This document shows, piece after piece, positions 29,552 to 44,475 of a stretch of 64,000 bases of DNA. The DNA is from the human T2T-CHM13v2.0 reference genome, Homo sapiens. Numbering within the stretch: position 1 is the stretch's first letter; every line of letters starts with the position of its first letter. The DNA lies in the NCBI RefSeq assembly GCF_009914755.1, contig NC_060932.1; one strand, given 5' to 3'. Under the pieces are notes generated by a model. It saw nothing but the letters and a program-made list of their open reading frames with translations. It had not been told where the DNA came from and did not search any database. Made by a program: the position numbers and the translations under genes.

Positions 29552-32099
29552 TAAAAAAAATTTATTGTTTTTACTCTTGCAGATTTCTTTCTTTCTTTCC
29601 ATATAAACCTCAAAAGTGTTTGAGGCTATTTCCAGTATCCCAAGTAATTTGTGAGTGCATTTAAAGTAAAAAAAAAAAAAAAGAAAAATAAAACCTCCCC
29701 AAATCCAGAGGACATGTAAGAAGAACATTTGTGGTAAGAGTTGCCACTTGGAGATGAGCTAATTTCAGCATGCCTTAGTTAGTGTGAGGAATTAACTAAA
29801 TCAGGACAATACTTGGGCCTGTCACAGAGATCCTATGGAATACTTTCCTACCATTGTGCATTAATGAACAGGTTCTTTTCCTCTCCTCAGATCCTGTCAA
29901 GTTGCGATGTCTTCAGCCATAGTTACTTCAACTACCACTGATTTTGTTACTGATTCTTTCTTCCCATGCTACAGTGGTGATTATTCCAGAGGATTTCTCT
30001 CAGTCCCTATTTGACTCTTGTTACTATTTGTTTTCTTGGTTAGTTCCATGAGACCATGCCAGTTCTCCTTGACTGTGTATGAATCATTGTGTTGCACTGT
30101 ACTGACAGACTGCCGTAAGTCAATATTAAGTGTTCAGTATCTAAGTGCAGGAGAACCTTTCTACTTAAGTACTCAACAAGTAGTTTGTTGGCACTTAAGT
30201 TCTATGAGATTTTTTGTTGTAAAGGAAAACATTATCTTGCAAAGATTTTGGGGCAGCATTTACCAATACTTTGTTCCTTCATCCGTAGGAAAAAGAATCT
30301 CAGGAGAAAAACCTATACATGGTAACCAATGGGGCTGCCAAGCTGATGAAGTATTTTCAGAGTACACCTTTGTGTAGCTGAATAAATTGAGATCTTGAAT
30401 GGACATATTAGCTCATTTTAGTAAAATGATAAGAGAGTGCCTCCCACTACAGTTTTTGTTTTTATGCATCATTAAACAATGTGTTTTTGATTGTCCACTG
30501 TGTTCCATGAACTATGCTATGTGTGGGAGATATAGTAGTAAAGAAAAGCAAAGTACCTGCTTCCATAGAATTCAGTATAATGGGAATGGTAATTCTTTAG
30601 AGAATCACATAACTATGGATACATAGGCTTCATTTTACTGTTCTCCTTTTGTGTTTGAAAATGTCAACAATCAAAATTTTGTAAAAAAGGAATCATGCAA
30701 CATATTTAAAATTATAACTGTGTTAAGTGTAATGAAGGGAAATTGCACTGAGTAGTAAGAATATATAATGGTGTGTGGTATTTCCCAAGTTAAAAAGGTC
30801 AGATAAGGCTTCCTTGTGGAAGTGATAGTTCAAATCTGAAAGAAGAATAGGAATTAATTAGGTAAAAATGTTTGATGCAAATTTTAAGATTTTCCTTCTG
30901 AGTAGTCAGTAGCTTTTCCTTCTTAACATAGAAGATGACAAAACCATCCTTTTTTTGTACATAACAATTCTTGTTTTCCTTTAGACAGTTGTATCTGTCA
31001 AGCTTCTTATGATCTAATTTAAATAATTGGGATAGAACACAGCTGTACATGTTACTATTAAATATGGAATATATCAAACATAAGTTGATTCCTACCAGTT
31101 CTGATTTTATTTGTGTATTTTGTTAAAGGTACTGAGGACATTAATATCCAGTTTTATATTGTGCATTTGAAGGTTCATCAATAAATACAATTCTTGTTTC
31201 TCTGGGTCTTAAAAGATATTTTAAATGGTTATCTCATTAAGATTTAACAGGAAATAACAGTGATTCAAATCAAATAGTGGTGCCAGAAACCCATACTTGA
31301 ATTTTGGGTATAGACAGGTTACCCTTTGCATCAATCCTGAGGAAACTAAAACTATAGGATTAATCAGGATAAAAAAGAATTGAGCAAGGATTCAGGAGGG
31401 ATCTGTATCATCCTGGTGACAACCCTCTTCTAGAAAAAACTAGAAAGTCTAAGAATAAATGAAGTTGCTGGTTCTCACCTGGAAAGGTCAGTTACTCACA
31501 AAATTTTTAGAGTCTATCTTATGCCATAATTCTATCACTGAGAGAAGAAACTTGTCCAGTCATCATGTAATCTTCATGTAAATTTATGTTTTTAATTGCA
31601 GAATTCATACCACAGGCAAAGTCCCAATGTCTGCATTTGCTGTTACCTTAAATAGTCAAACCCCAAAGTTATTGTAATCTTTTTTTAACAGAGAATAATT
31701 TGCAGAGTAATCTCGGTCCGGTAGATCTTTCAGTGGATCCAAATGATTGCCATGAATGGTTTAGAATTTTTTTAATTTTCAAGTTGTTTTTATTCTGTGG
31801 AATACTGGACTTATTTTTGTAGTCCCAAAAGAAAAATAAATATTTATTTATTTGCCGTTAAGAGTTGTAGTTTTGTTTTCTCAAATTTGTCCTGACACTG
31901 ACGAGATTAGTTAAATGTAGGTCATCTGAACCAAATACAAGGAAGGAAGGACCCAGTTCTGAAGAGTGTGGGCATTTCTTTTCTTGTTTTTTTTTTTTTT
32001 TTTTTTTTTTCTGTAGGAGGGGAACGAGGTGAACTAAACAAACAAAATAAAGCAAAAAAGAACTGATTTTTATCCCTTGAGGTAGAAAGAATGAGATTA

Positions 32100-32557
32100 C
32101 AGTGGACCCCCTTGTCTGCATTTTCACTTTCTATGTTTTAGTTACTCACAACCACGTCCAAAATGTTAAATAGAAAATTCCAGAAATAAACAATTTATAA
32201 ATTTTAAATCAGTGGTGGCTTTGAGTACTGTAATGAAATTTTGTGCCATCCCACTCAGTCGGCCTCGACTTCCCTTAGAATCATCCCTTTGTCCGGTGCA
32301 TTCACGTTGTATTTACTCCCTGTCTGTTAGTCACTTGTTGCAGTATCACAGTGCTTGTGTTCAAGTAACGCTTATTTTACTTAAGAATGACCCCAAAGCA
32401 CAAGAGTACTGTGCCTAATTTATAAATTAAACTTTTTCATAGGTATATACATATAGGAAAAAACATAATACATACAGGATTTGGTTGGTACTATTCTGCG
32501 GCTTCAGGCATCCACTGGACGTCTTGGAATGTATCCCTTGTGGATAAGGAGGAACTG
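32100..32557. mobile_element. MER44/Tigger7 element
   Basis: TA|cagtggaccccctt...ggataaggaggaactg|TA; gaaaattccagaaataaacaatt motif. Confidence 0.85.
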
Positions 32558-33646
32558 TATATGGTTAACCTAGGAGCTAGAGTCAACAGTTGGAAGAGAC
32601 TTTGGGGATAATTACATGGAAGGGCATGGTGGGTGGTCGTTTCAGATGACAAGAATGTTTTTGAATAACGGATCATTTGTGTCTTCAGACTTTCCAGAAC
32701 TCCTTGAGAATTATGCAGAGGTATTTAATCAGTCAGAAGGTTGAATAGTCAAATTATTAGTGAGTGAAGTCTATTTTGATGAGGATTTTACTAATGCTGT
32801 CCCTTAGATATTATAAGTAAATCGTTGTTTTCTTTTGAAATATCTGAAACCTAGTTAACATGGACTTTCATTTGTTCTTGTAAAGATATGCAAAGCTATT
32901 TGGGAGATTGTCATCATCTGATATTTGATATTCATGGGCTTTCTTCACAGAAGACTAGAAATTAACAGAGTCATGATGAATTATGGCTGCATTGACTTTA
33001 AAAAACAAACACCTCCTTAATGTTATTTAACAATTTTGAATAAATTTGATATGGCAAACAAATCAGTTATAATCGATTGAGAAAGGAACTTAATTCTAAT
33101 ACTTGACTGGTGTCCCATAATAACCCATAATACTAAGAGACAGTTTTGGAGGGCGAGAAGTCCTGAAGAGCTGATAGAGATAAAGGTTCAAATTTGAGCT
33201 TCTTTCAGTGTTCCTTACGTCAATGCTTTTAGTTTCTCATACAAAATAAAATAAAGAATAACCTTTTTACTGGGAAAAGGTAAAAATTAATAAATTGTAG
33301 AAGCATTGTTTGAAGCCAAAAAGTGTGTGACATGTAAATTGAAATGAAAAACCTTAGAGTTTTTGATACTTTTTCAAAGCAGCTAAAGAATTGATACTTG
33401 GACACAGGAAGAATTTTTTTTCAAAAGCAATTTTTATAAAATCAGAAAAATGTTTACCTCTTGTTGGGGGCATTGACTGGAAAGGAATACAACAGAACTT
33501 TCTGAGATGCTAGAAATGTTTTTTTATCTTGATGGGGTGTGGGTTTTGTAGATAATGAAAAATAAACAGTAAAAAATAATTAAAAAAAAAAGTAAGAAAG
33601 TTGCCAATACAGTTTTACATATTCCTGTGATGTTTTTAATCGACAG

Positions 33647-33748
33647 GCACCTTCTTACTGAGATACGTAATGAGAAGTTTCGATTATACAAATTAAAGAT
33701 GATGGCAAAGATGGAAAAATATCTTCATTCTAGCAGATGTAGGAGACA
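33647..33748 (+). CDS. WRN: WRN exon 22 (102 nt; Zn-binding subdomain)
   Basis: gacag|G CAC CTT; [33 protein letters not shown]; CA|gtatgt. Confidence 0.97.
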
Positions 33749-34015
33749 GTATGTATTATTTATTTTATGCCAATAGTATGGATTTATGGATGATGCTCTT
33801 TTAAGACAACAATTTGGCTAAATAATTATCAGTATTTTGAAAAAATATTTTGTTGCTGTTACATGTGTGCTGAATTTTTAAGGCTAACTTCTTTGTGTCT
33901 GAGTAAACTGAAGTCAAATAATGAAGTCCCAAGTGAATCAATTAATGGTGATTTTACCTCATTATTTTCAGGAATGAACTTAACATATACGTTTCTGTTC
34001 TTTTATTTAATTTAA

Positions 34016-34126
<111 letters not shown>

Positions 34127-34613
34127 TAAAGATTTCTTATTATAGATGGACATTCTAAAAGTCTTTCTTTCTCTTCCTTTTCATGTTTAACTGAATTTTT
34201 GTTGAATGATAAGTATTTCAGTTTTTTAAACAAAACAATGAATGTGTTTAGATATGAGAAAGCAAACAATATTAAAGTATTTTGCTTAAAAAATAGATAA
34301 AGCAATAAAATGGTAGCCCTAAATCTAAACATATCAATAGTTATGTTAAATGTAAATGATCTAAAATATTATTTAAAGGCGTAAATTGTAAGAATTGGTT
34401 TAAAAACATGACCCTGTTCTGTACGTTGTCCACAAGAAATCCACTGTAATTATATAGATAGGTTTAAAAAAGAATGAAACATTACATTCCATGAAAACAT
34501 TAATCAAAAGGAAGTTGGAGTTACTTTAATATCAGACAATGGACACTTTGGAGCAAAGAATATTATCAGGATAAAGAAGGATATTATATGATGTAAAAGA
34601 ATCATTTCACCAA

Positions 34614-35069
34614 TGTATCAGTCAGGGTTCACCAGAGAAATAGGACGATTGATATTATGGAGATATATATATATATATATATATATATGGGGAGGGAAAG
34701 GAAGAACAAATATGGGGAGAGAGGGATGAGGCGACTGATTTTGAAGAATTAGCTCACGAAATTGTGGGGGTTGGCAAGTCTGAAATTTGTAGAGCAGGTC
34801 AATAGGCTGGAAACTCAGGCAAGAGGTGATGTTGCAGTCTTGAGGCAGAATTTCTTCTCTAGCAAACCTAGTTTTTGCCCTTTAGTCCTGCCACTGAGTG
34901 GATGAGGCCCACCCACATTATTGACAATAATCTCCTTTACTTAAAGTCAACTGATTATAAATGTTAATCACGTCTACAAAATATTTTACAGCAACATCTA
35001 GATTAGTGTTTGACCAAACAACTGAGCATCATAGGCTAGCCAAGTTGATGCATAATATTAATCATCACA
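34614..35069 (-). mobile_element. MLT2 (ERV-L) solo LTR with 5-bp TSD
   Basis: TG...CA ends; TSD accaa at 34609-34613 and 35070-35074; ctagccaagttgatgcataatattaatcatcaca. Confidence 0.88.
34663..34688. repeat. (AT)13 microsatellite
   Basis: Direct count. Confidence 0.95.
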
Positions 35070-35090
35070 ACCAAGAAGACATCATCCTAA

Positions 35091-35112
35091 ATATATATAT
35101 ATATATATATAT
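35091..35112. repeat. (AT)11 microsatellite
   Basis: Direct count. Confidence 0.95.
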
Positions 35113-36745
35113 CTACTTAACAAAAAGACTGACAGAACTGAAAGGAGAAATAGAGAAATCTACAGTTACATTTGGTGACTTCCAGCATCTCTCAATAATC
35201 AATAAAACTGACAGACCAAAAAATCAGTAAGAAGACAGAAGAAATGAACAGGATTATCAGCATGCTGGATCTCATTGACCTTTTTAGAACATTCTACCCA
35301 ACAACAGTAGAGTACACATTCAAGTGCAGATGCAGTATTCATGAACATGGATCATATTCAGAGTCATAAAACAAACCTTAACAAATTTAAGAATCTTGTA
35401 TTTGTATATTTTTTGACTAGAATGGAATTAAACTAGAAAACAATAACAGAAAGATAACAGAAAAGTCTCTAAACCTTAGAAATTAAATAACACACTTATA
35501 AATAAATCCATGAGTCAAAGAGGAAGTCTCAAGGCAAATCAGAAAATGTTTTGAACTGAATGAAATGAAAATACAAAATGTGTGAGATGCAGCTAATGCA
35601 ATACTGAGAAGGAAATTTATAGCATTAAATACCTATGTAATAAAAGAAGAAAGGTCTCAAATCAGTACCTAAGCTTACATCTTAAGCAACAAGCAAATAA
35701 GAGCAAAATAAATCAAAATGAAGTAAACATAAGGAAATAACAAAGAACATAAGTCAATGAATAGAAAAGCTATGGTCATACCACTGCTGTCCAGCCTGGG
35801 TGACAGAGTGAGACCCTATGTCAAAAAAATTTAAAAACAAAGCAGCATGCAGCATTCATTGTCAGTGAATAGAAAATGGGAAAACAATAGAGAAAATCAA
35901 CTCAAAAGCTCATTCTGTATAAAGATCAACAAAATTGATATAAACTTCTAACAAGACTGACGGAAAGAGAAAAGACACAGAAGACCAATACCAGGAATGA
36001 AAGAGGGAATTTCACTACAGACCTCCCAGGTATTACTAGGGATGATAAGGGAACACTATGAACAACTCAGAACATAACTTTAATAATTTAGATGAAATGG
36101 ATCAATTTCTTGATAATCTCAAGCTAATTAAACTTACAGTGAATTAGATAACCTGCATAGTGTTACAACCATTAGAGGGATTGAATTCTATGTTAAAAAT
36201 CTCTGAAAATAAAATCCCCTAGCCCAAAGAATTTCAATGACAAATTCTACCAAACATTTAGAAGACAAAATAATACCAATTCTATAGCATGATTCCATTT
36301 ATATAATAGTCTTTGAAACATAAAACTATACTAGAGGGATGAAGAAAAGATCAGTGGTTATTAGAGATTGGGGGAGGGAGAAGGTATGATTCCAAAGGAT
36401 AGTACAAGGCAGTATTTTGGAGTGATAGATTTATCGTGCCCTGATTGTGATGGGAGTTAGATGAATCTATGGATATCTTAAAATGTGTAGAACTTTACAC
36501 ATACATACAACCAATTTGCCTATGTTAATTGAAAAAATAAAATAAAAACAAATTATTTACCTGGTGGGTTAGCTACGTACCTAAGTTCAATAGCTGCGTT
36601 ACTGTAAGACAAAAGAAGCATTATTAGGGATGGAGTTGTTCTCTGTGTAATGACAAATACTTCCTTCACTAAGAAGACAGAATTGTTTTATGCACCTTTA
36701 AAAAAAAACAAAAACAAAAAAAATACAACCAACAAACAGTAACTT

Positions 36746-37212
36746 GCTGGTGCGGTGGCTCACACTTGTAGTATTAGCACTTTGGGAGGCTGAGGTGGGA
36801 GGATCACTTGAGACCAGGATTTTTAAGACCAGTCTGGGCAAAAAACCGAGACTGTGTCTCTACAAAAATAAAAAATAAATAAAAAAAATTAGCTAGGCAT
36901 AGCATTATGTGCCTCTAGTCCCAGCTACTCTGGAGGCTAAGGTGGAAAGATCGCTTGAGCCTGGAAGGTTGAGACTGCAGTTGCAGTGAGCCATGATGGC
37001 ACCACTACACTCCAGGCTGGGCATCAGAGTAAGACTCTGTCTCACATAAAAAAAATAATAATAATGATAAAAACTAGTCTGGGCATGGTGGCTCACACCT
37101 GTAGTCCCAGTCCTTTGGAAGGCCGAGGCAAGAGAATTGCTTGAACCCAAGACTTTGAGAACAGCCTGGGCAACATAGCAAGACCCCATCTCTATTTAAA
37201 AAAAAAAACAAA
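36746..37212 (+). mobile_element. AluJ followed by a FLAM-type monomer
   Basis: Alu 36746-37066; monomer 37077-37212. Confidence 0.88.
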
Positions 37213-37691
37213 CTTAAAAATCCAGCAAATACATAAAGCACAAAGCCGACAGAAGAGGTGGAGAAATCAACAAATCCACCATCAAAGTGGGAGAATTTGA
37301 TATAATTTTAAGTTATTGGTAGGGTAAACAATCCAAAAATTAGTACACTGTAGAAAATTTGGTCAACATAGTAATAAGTTTGCTTATTACTATTTATCAG
37401 TATACATAGTATACTGATTTATCAGATACATAGTATATGGAGCCCTAGAGCAAGCAACTATAGCAGTGTATCTCAAGTATTTTTACTTCATGACCCACAT
37501 AGCAAATGATATGTGTATATAACACACTGGGCTAATTGTCAGAGTTCAGTTTCTGTCCAAAACCCTAAGATCTGGAGTGATTAACCTTTCAGCACTCTTA
37601 GAACTCACTTGTTTGTAGCACACTGATTGAGAAGCACTGAAAGACTTCACTCCTCAAACATACATGGAATATTTCTAAAAACTATGTATTG

Positions 37692-38034
<343 letters not shown>

Positions 38035-38039
38035 TTAGA

Positions 38040-38560
38040 GCATGGGTTGGCAAACTATGGCCTGTAGGCCAAATCTGCATGCTGTTTTATTTTTTTTTAT
38101 TTTTTTGACATAGGGTCACTACAGGCTGTCACACAGGCTGGAGAGCAGTGGTATGATCATAGCTCACTGTAACCTCAAATTCCTGGGCTCAAGCAATTCT
38201 CTTGCCTCACCTCAGCTTCCCAAGTAGCTACAGGCATGCACTACCAGACCCAGTTAATTAAAACAAATTTTTTTTTGGTAGAGACAGTCTCAGTATGTTG
38301 CCCAGGCTGGTTTTCAAACTCCTTGCCTCAATCAGTCCTCCTACTTCAGCCTCCTAAAGTGCTGGGATTATAGGCATGAGCCATCACGCTTGACTAATGT
38401 TTTTGTAAATAAAGTTTTCTCAGAACACAGCCATGCCTTTTGTTTATGTGTTATGTAGGGCTGCCTGAGTTAAGTAGTTGGCTACAAAGCCTATCATGGC
38501 CTATAAAGCCTGAAATACTTACTATCTGGTCCTTTATAGAAAGTGTTTTCTGACCCTGTA
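38040..38560 (-). mobile_element. MER58A split by an antisense AluJ (38086-38392)
   Basis: ggcaaactatggcctgtaggccaaatc ... atacttactatctggtcctttatagaaag. Confidence 0.78.
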
Positions 38561-38838
38561 CTAGACTAGCTTGTCTCAAAATTCTTCAATGAATTTGGAA
38601 GTTTTCTCACCACATTTTCTGACCATAATGCACTTGAGTTAGAAGTAAATAAGCAGATAAACAACAAAATCCTCATGCATTTGGAAATTAAAAATAACAC
38701 TTAAATAATTCATATTCAAAGAAAAAATCAAACTGGAAATTAAAAAAAATTTTAAACCTACAGATAACTACATTAATATGCATTAACATTTTTAGAACTT
38801 AGGGATAGTTACAATGATATACATTAAAACTGGTAAGA

Positions 38839-39300
<462 letters not shown>

Positions 39301-39733
39301 AACTGGTAAGAGGCAACATTGAATAGTACTTTGTGGGAGTTTATTAGCTTGAAATACTCATAATAGAAAAGAAAATTAATCAGCTAAGCATCTCACTAAA
39401 GAGATTAGGAGAATAAACCTAAGCATAGTTTTTTTCCCCCAAACATTATTATATCTGGAATATTGAATGCATTCTTATTGCTATTTCAAAGATACTTACT
39501 CTAAGGAAAGCAATTGAATTAGGTAGTTGAACTCTATAGTAGATTTTCTTTAATGAGTCCTTTTGTTCTCAACCTACTTAAATAATTCTCATTTGAATTT
39601 ATGATAGTTTCAGATCTACCCAAAGGGTGACTTAGGAATTTAACTTCTAAATCTATTTAAATGAAAGGTTTATAATCTTTTTGTCATATTTTACAGTCGT
39701 TAGCGTTTAACAATTTATAGCATAGGATTTGGG

Positions 39734-41050
39734 TTTTTTTTTTTTTTCATTTTAAAGAAGAAGTTTATTTAAGCAAGACACTTGACTAAGGGAAGACTAT
39801 CTTGGAGTTATTATTACTAGAGTAATTTATTTCTACTTAAAGACAGATTGCCCCACAAGTAACAGCTACATAAAAACAGTTGTAAAATTGTCCTTGGTTT
39901 TACAATGATAAATGAAAAACATTAAAATTCTCTAATTGAACAAGGTATGCAAGGATTTTTATATTGTTTTTTGCTAAAACTATGACAGCAAAATAACATC
40001 CTGGAGTATAAAGATAAGAGCTGAATGAGCAGGCCACTAGGGGACAAAGGGAGTCTTTTCACAGAACCAATGCTTCTTTTGCCCACCCCATCTCCATCGA
40101 AGTCAATCTAAACATATTATTGGCCATTTAGTTAAAAAAAGAAAGAAAAGAAAAGCAATATGCTTGTGGACATACACCAGTTACTTTATGTGCAATAAAA
40201 GAGTAGGAAGGGGAAGGTGAAAGAATAGAGAAAACTATGTAGTCAGGATGTGGTGGAACCAAATTGCAACTTTCTTTTTTTTTTTTTTTTTTTTTGAGAC
40301 AGAGTTTTGCTCTTGTCACCCAGGCTGGAGTGTAGTGGTGGCCCAATCTTGGCTCACTGCAACCTCCGCCTCTCAGATTCAAGCCATTCTCCTGCCTCAG
40401 CCTTCTGAGTAGCTGGGATTACAGGTGCATGCCACCATGCCTGGCTAATTTTTGTATTTTTAGTAGAGATGGGTTTTCACCATGTTGGCCAGGCTGGTCT
40501 TGAATGCCTGACTTCAAGTGATCCACCCGCCTCAGCCTCCCAAAGTGCTGGGATTACAGGCGTGAGCCACTGCGCCTGGCCAAATTGTAGCTTTCTAATT
40601 GAGACTGTCTTCTTGGTCTGGAAGAGCAGAGTTCTGCAGTAAAATAACAGGTCCCCCTTTTAGTAGACATCTCCATGTCTGCTGCTGGAACACATCAGTT
40701 TTGTCTTAAGCCTCACTTCCAAATGTGCAGATGTGTCTGGTTCATTGATTGGCTGCCTGTCAAATTGAAACCTGATCTGCCTCATTGGCAAACCGTGCCC
40801 CTTACAATAGGCTTTCATTGGTTTACTAAGCGGTGTGGTGCGTGGCTGTTCATCTTAAACTGCACCACAGTTTAAGATGAACCTTCAAATGAACATTATC
40901 CTTGTTCTCAGTCTTGACTTTCCTTGGGCTTTTTGTGGACCCTGGTGAGTGTGGCAGTCTCCTCAGCTGCTGCTTCACAAAAGAGGTACCAGGTCTGCCC
41001 CGAATGAGTGAGCCCCTAAACAGGACCAGGAGTGGCAGAAGAAAGAGGCA
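39734..41050 (-). pseudogene. SUMO2 processed pseudogene (5'UTR, decayed CDS, 3'UTR, poly(A)), interrupted by an Alu; probably the annotated SUMO2P16
   Basis: The minus strand has SUMO2-like segments (KVKTENKDNVHLKV, VVQFKM, MRQIRFQFDRQPINE, DVFQQQT) with frameshifts. The start ATG reads AGG and the diglycine reads GD. It is intronless, with a SUMO2-like 3'UTR, AATAAA and poly(A) (T-run 39734-39747 on +). Confidence 0.93.
40276..40581 (-). mobile_element. AluS inserted in the 3'UTR of the SUMO2 retrocopy
   Basis: TSD caaattgcaactttct (40260-40275) and caaattgtagctttct (40581-40596). Confidence 0.93.
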
Positions 41051-41440
41051 GCAACTGAGATGTGTTTTTTCTAAGCTGAAAGGCTTTTTTTTTTTTTTTT
41101 TTTGCAACACACCTTTAACACTAAAGTCCAATATTTATATAATTGGTCAAGTAAGTGGAGCTGTTCTAGCTATAAATATGGCAACTCTGCTTGCTCGTCC
41201 TATTATTGACATTATTCCTTTCTGTGGTCTGAGGTGCCTCCCATGAAACTTGCTTCTAGGACACTAGGATTGAGAACCATCAGCGTAACATATCTGTTAC
41301 GCTACAATAGTTTATTTTCATATTTTAGCTACTTTACATACTCGGGTATAATGAACTTTATTCATAGCTTCTGAAGCAGTTGGCACATTTGAGATATTTT
41401 TTACTTGGCTAATTGTTATGCTAAATCTTTTGATTTCTAA

Positions 41441-41647
<207 letters not shown>

Positions 41648-42544
41648 TGAATTCCCTTCATAGATCTTCTTTTACTTCTATTACACTTTTCTTCAGAGGT
41701 TTGCAGTATTATGATTGTAGCTTTGACTTCAGATGGGTGACTAGGAACTCATAGAGTCTTACTAAGTTCCAGTTAAACACTACATTCATTACTTTGGATA
41801 AAACCCGTGTGTATGGCATCTTCTGCTGTTTTCATGTTCAAGCCGATGTTCAGCTCTGCAGCTCAGTCTGGAAGCATTGTGTTAATTTATCACATTGCAT
41901 TTGGGTGAATCCCTAGACTAGTCTTGCTTAGGATAATTAGGAAAAGTTAACTTTCATTGTATCAAGGGACAGGTAGAACAAAATTGTCCTTTTGTCCAGG
42001 AAACTATTAAATTCTTCAAGGAAAACTTTAGTTATAGGGATTATTTTTTAAATGTCTAATTTCAGTAACAATATTTGGGACATATTTATTTTTCCTTCTG
42101 TTTCCTATCAGAAGTATTTAAAGTTATAAGAAAATTGTGGTTTTTGCCTTTACTAATGAATAAATAATCAATTAAATTCAGTTACTTTTTTTTGGAGTGA
42201 TTGATGTTCCAGTATTCTTCTAAACAACCACGGGTACAAATGTGAATAAGATAGGACCGTTGCAGTCCAAGAGCTTGTTCTGTAGTCCTTTCCTTTATAT
42301 GATTTTTTCCCCTGATTTAGAAGTCTATAAAGCAAAGCTAAGTATTACACACTGATAATGGCTGAATAAATCAAGAGCAAGAGATAGGATACTTTGCAAA
42401 TATGCATATTTATTAAAAATGTACTTTAAAATAGAGATTAAAATTCTCGTATTGAATGTAGAATAGGTAAGCATTTATTTGTGAAATACTCGAATGCTTC
42501 ATGTAAATACTTTCTGAGTTTGTATTTTTAGAAAGGAACATTTT

Positions 42545-42668
42545 GGAGGCTGAGGCAGGAGAATGGCGTGAACGTGGGAGGCGGAGCTTGCAGTGAGCTG
42601 AGATTGTGCCACTGCACTCCAGCCTGCGCGACAGAGCAAGATTCTGTCTCAATAAAGAAAAAAAAAGA
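42545..42668 (+). mobile_element. 5'-truncated AluY right arm
   Basis: gagaatggcgtgaac..gcggagcttgcagtgag. Confidence 0.88.
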
Positions 42669-44214
42669 AACATATTTATTAAATTAGTTGTGAAATATTT
42701 TTAATGAAATATATTGAAAACTTCTGTTGATTTTTCATGTACTGATGTTTTTAGATTCTAAATGGAGTTTAAAATTTTGTTTGTAAATCACAAGTTGGAT
42801 TAGAAATTTAATAGTAGAAGTGTTGCCTAAGGACTATTTTAGGTGCTGTGAGTGAAACTGTATTTTTTATAACAAGAATTTTAGTTGTAAGGGACAGCTT
42901 AAATATAATTGAGATCTGTGAAAATGTATTCTGTCTCTATCACCTTCAGAACCTGTGTATCTCAGTTGAATGTATAATTTATAAAAATTATTCTTGTTTT
43001 AATTTGGTGTAATCCAGCCATATCCAGTATCAACAAATAAGTCTAAGTAGGCTCCTTGACAAACTTGAACTGGCCACAAGAGAGATCAGATTTCACCTAT
43101 TAAAAAACCAAATCAGACCACTTACACTGACAGTCTCTTCTGGGAGTCCTCAAATTAAGAAGTCTATCCTTTGTGAAATATTACACTACCCTTGCTAGAT
43201 AAAACTTTTCTAAAAGTACCACTTAATGAAAATCTGTAGACACTAAATGCAATGAAAATAAGGCATTGTTTTTTTTTCTCCCCATTTCAGTGATCTTGGT
43301 ATCCTGGGATATTGTTTTTAAAATTATCGTTATAATTCCTTTGAGAATTTAGTGAAATGTTCCCTTTAACCAACTTAGGAAAAATTAATATCTTTGTACA
43401 TGATTTTGAGCTGTAAAATAAACATTTTAAACTGGGAATAATTGGAGTTTAGTTAAAGAGATAATGTATATAAATATATAACATAGTAGCAGCATATAAT
43501 TCTGTCTTACACAAGATTTTTCTGAATAGTATAAACAGTTATGTAGCCTATCTAGGAGTTTGTGAATAGAGTTTAAAATTTTGTTTTGAAGCTGCAAATT
43601 TGATTAGAAATTAAACAGTGAAGTTATTACTTAAGGAACTTCGTTTTAGCTGTCTGAACAACTTACTGTATAAAAATCTTTAAACATTCTGTATAAATAT
43701 GTGATAAGATATGCAATGACCTTAATTTTATAGATTAGAAAATAAAAACACACTCATTAATTTACATAACTGACAGATTAAGTGAAACTTCTCTTCTGAT
43801 CACGTTAGCAGAATGCCAAATCTTGTCGTGGCACTAGAATTAGACGGTAGTTTTGATAATACATGATTTGACTATAGACATTTGTTGAAACTATTGGTAG
43901 TTTTAATCACTCTTGTAATTTTCAAACTATCTAACGGGAGAGGATTATCCATCCTGTTTTCTAGACAAACTGTTTCATCTGAATGAAATATATTCCTAGA
44001 GATAATTATCACTACTTCATCTTTTGGTTTTATTTTGCACATAGAATTATAGTTCACAATGACTTTCTGAAGCTCTAAAGTTGCAGCTGTGAGCTTCTTT
44101 GGCCTGTAGGGACTGGGAAAAAGCACCCCCGTCCTCCCCCAAGCCCCCCCACCAAAAAAAGTTAAAGTGTTTTTAACAATAGCTGTGGGCTTTTTGTAGT
44201 TTCAGAACTTAGGA

Positions 44215-44475
44215 GTTGCCCAGGCTGGAATGCAGTGGTGTGATCATAGCTTGATGCAGCCTTGAACTCCTGGGTTCAAGCAATCCTCCCACCTCAGCCT
44301 CCAGAGTAGCTGGGACCACAGGTGCCACCCCACCCAGCTATTTTTTTTATTTTTTAATTTTTTTGTAGGTATGGGGTCTCCCCATGTTGCCCTGCCTGTC
44401 TCAAACTCCAGGGCTCTCAGGTGATACCCACCACCCTTGGCCTCCCAAAGCACCGAGAGTCACTGTGCCAGGCTG
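44215..44475 (-). mobile_element. AluJ
   Basis: Antisense Alu lacking a tail. Confidence 0.85.

Larger units (their letters stand above)
34290..36545 (+). mobile_element. Old L1M ORF2 (endonuclease region) and 3' fragments
   Basis: Decayed ORF2-like peptide (LTELKGEIEKST..GDF..LSII), A-rich. Confidence 0.8.

Noticed and set aside
34961-35230. L1 ORF2-like peptide
   Set aside because: Decayed L1M fragment interrupted by an LTR and (AT)n.
40031-40046. CTCF-like GGCCACTAGGGGAC in the SUMO2 pseudogene UTR
   Set aside because: Mismatch at a conserved core G and no other support.
44126-44151. C-runs that could form a minus-strand G-quadruplex
   Set aside because: It needs one G7 run split in two to give four tracts; marginal and common in genomes.
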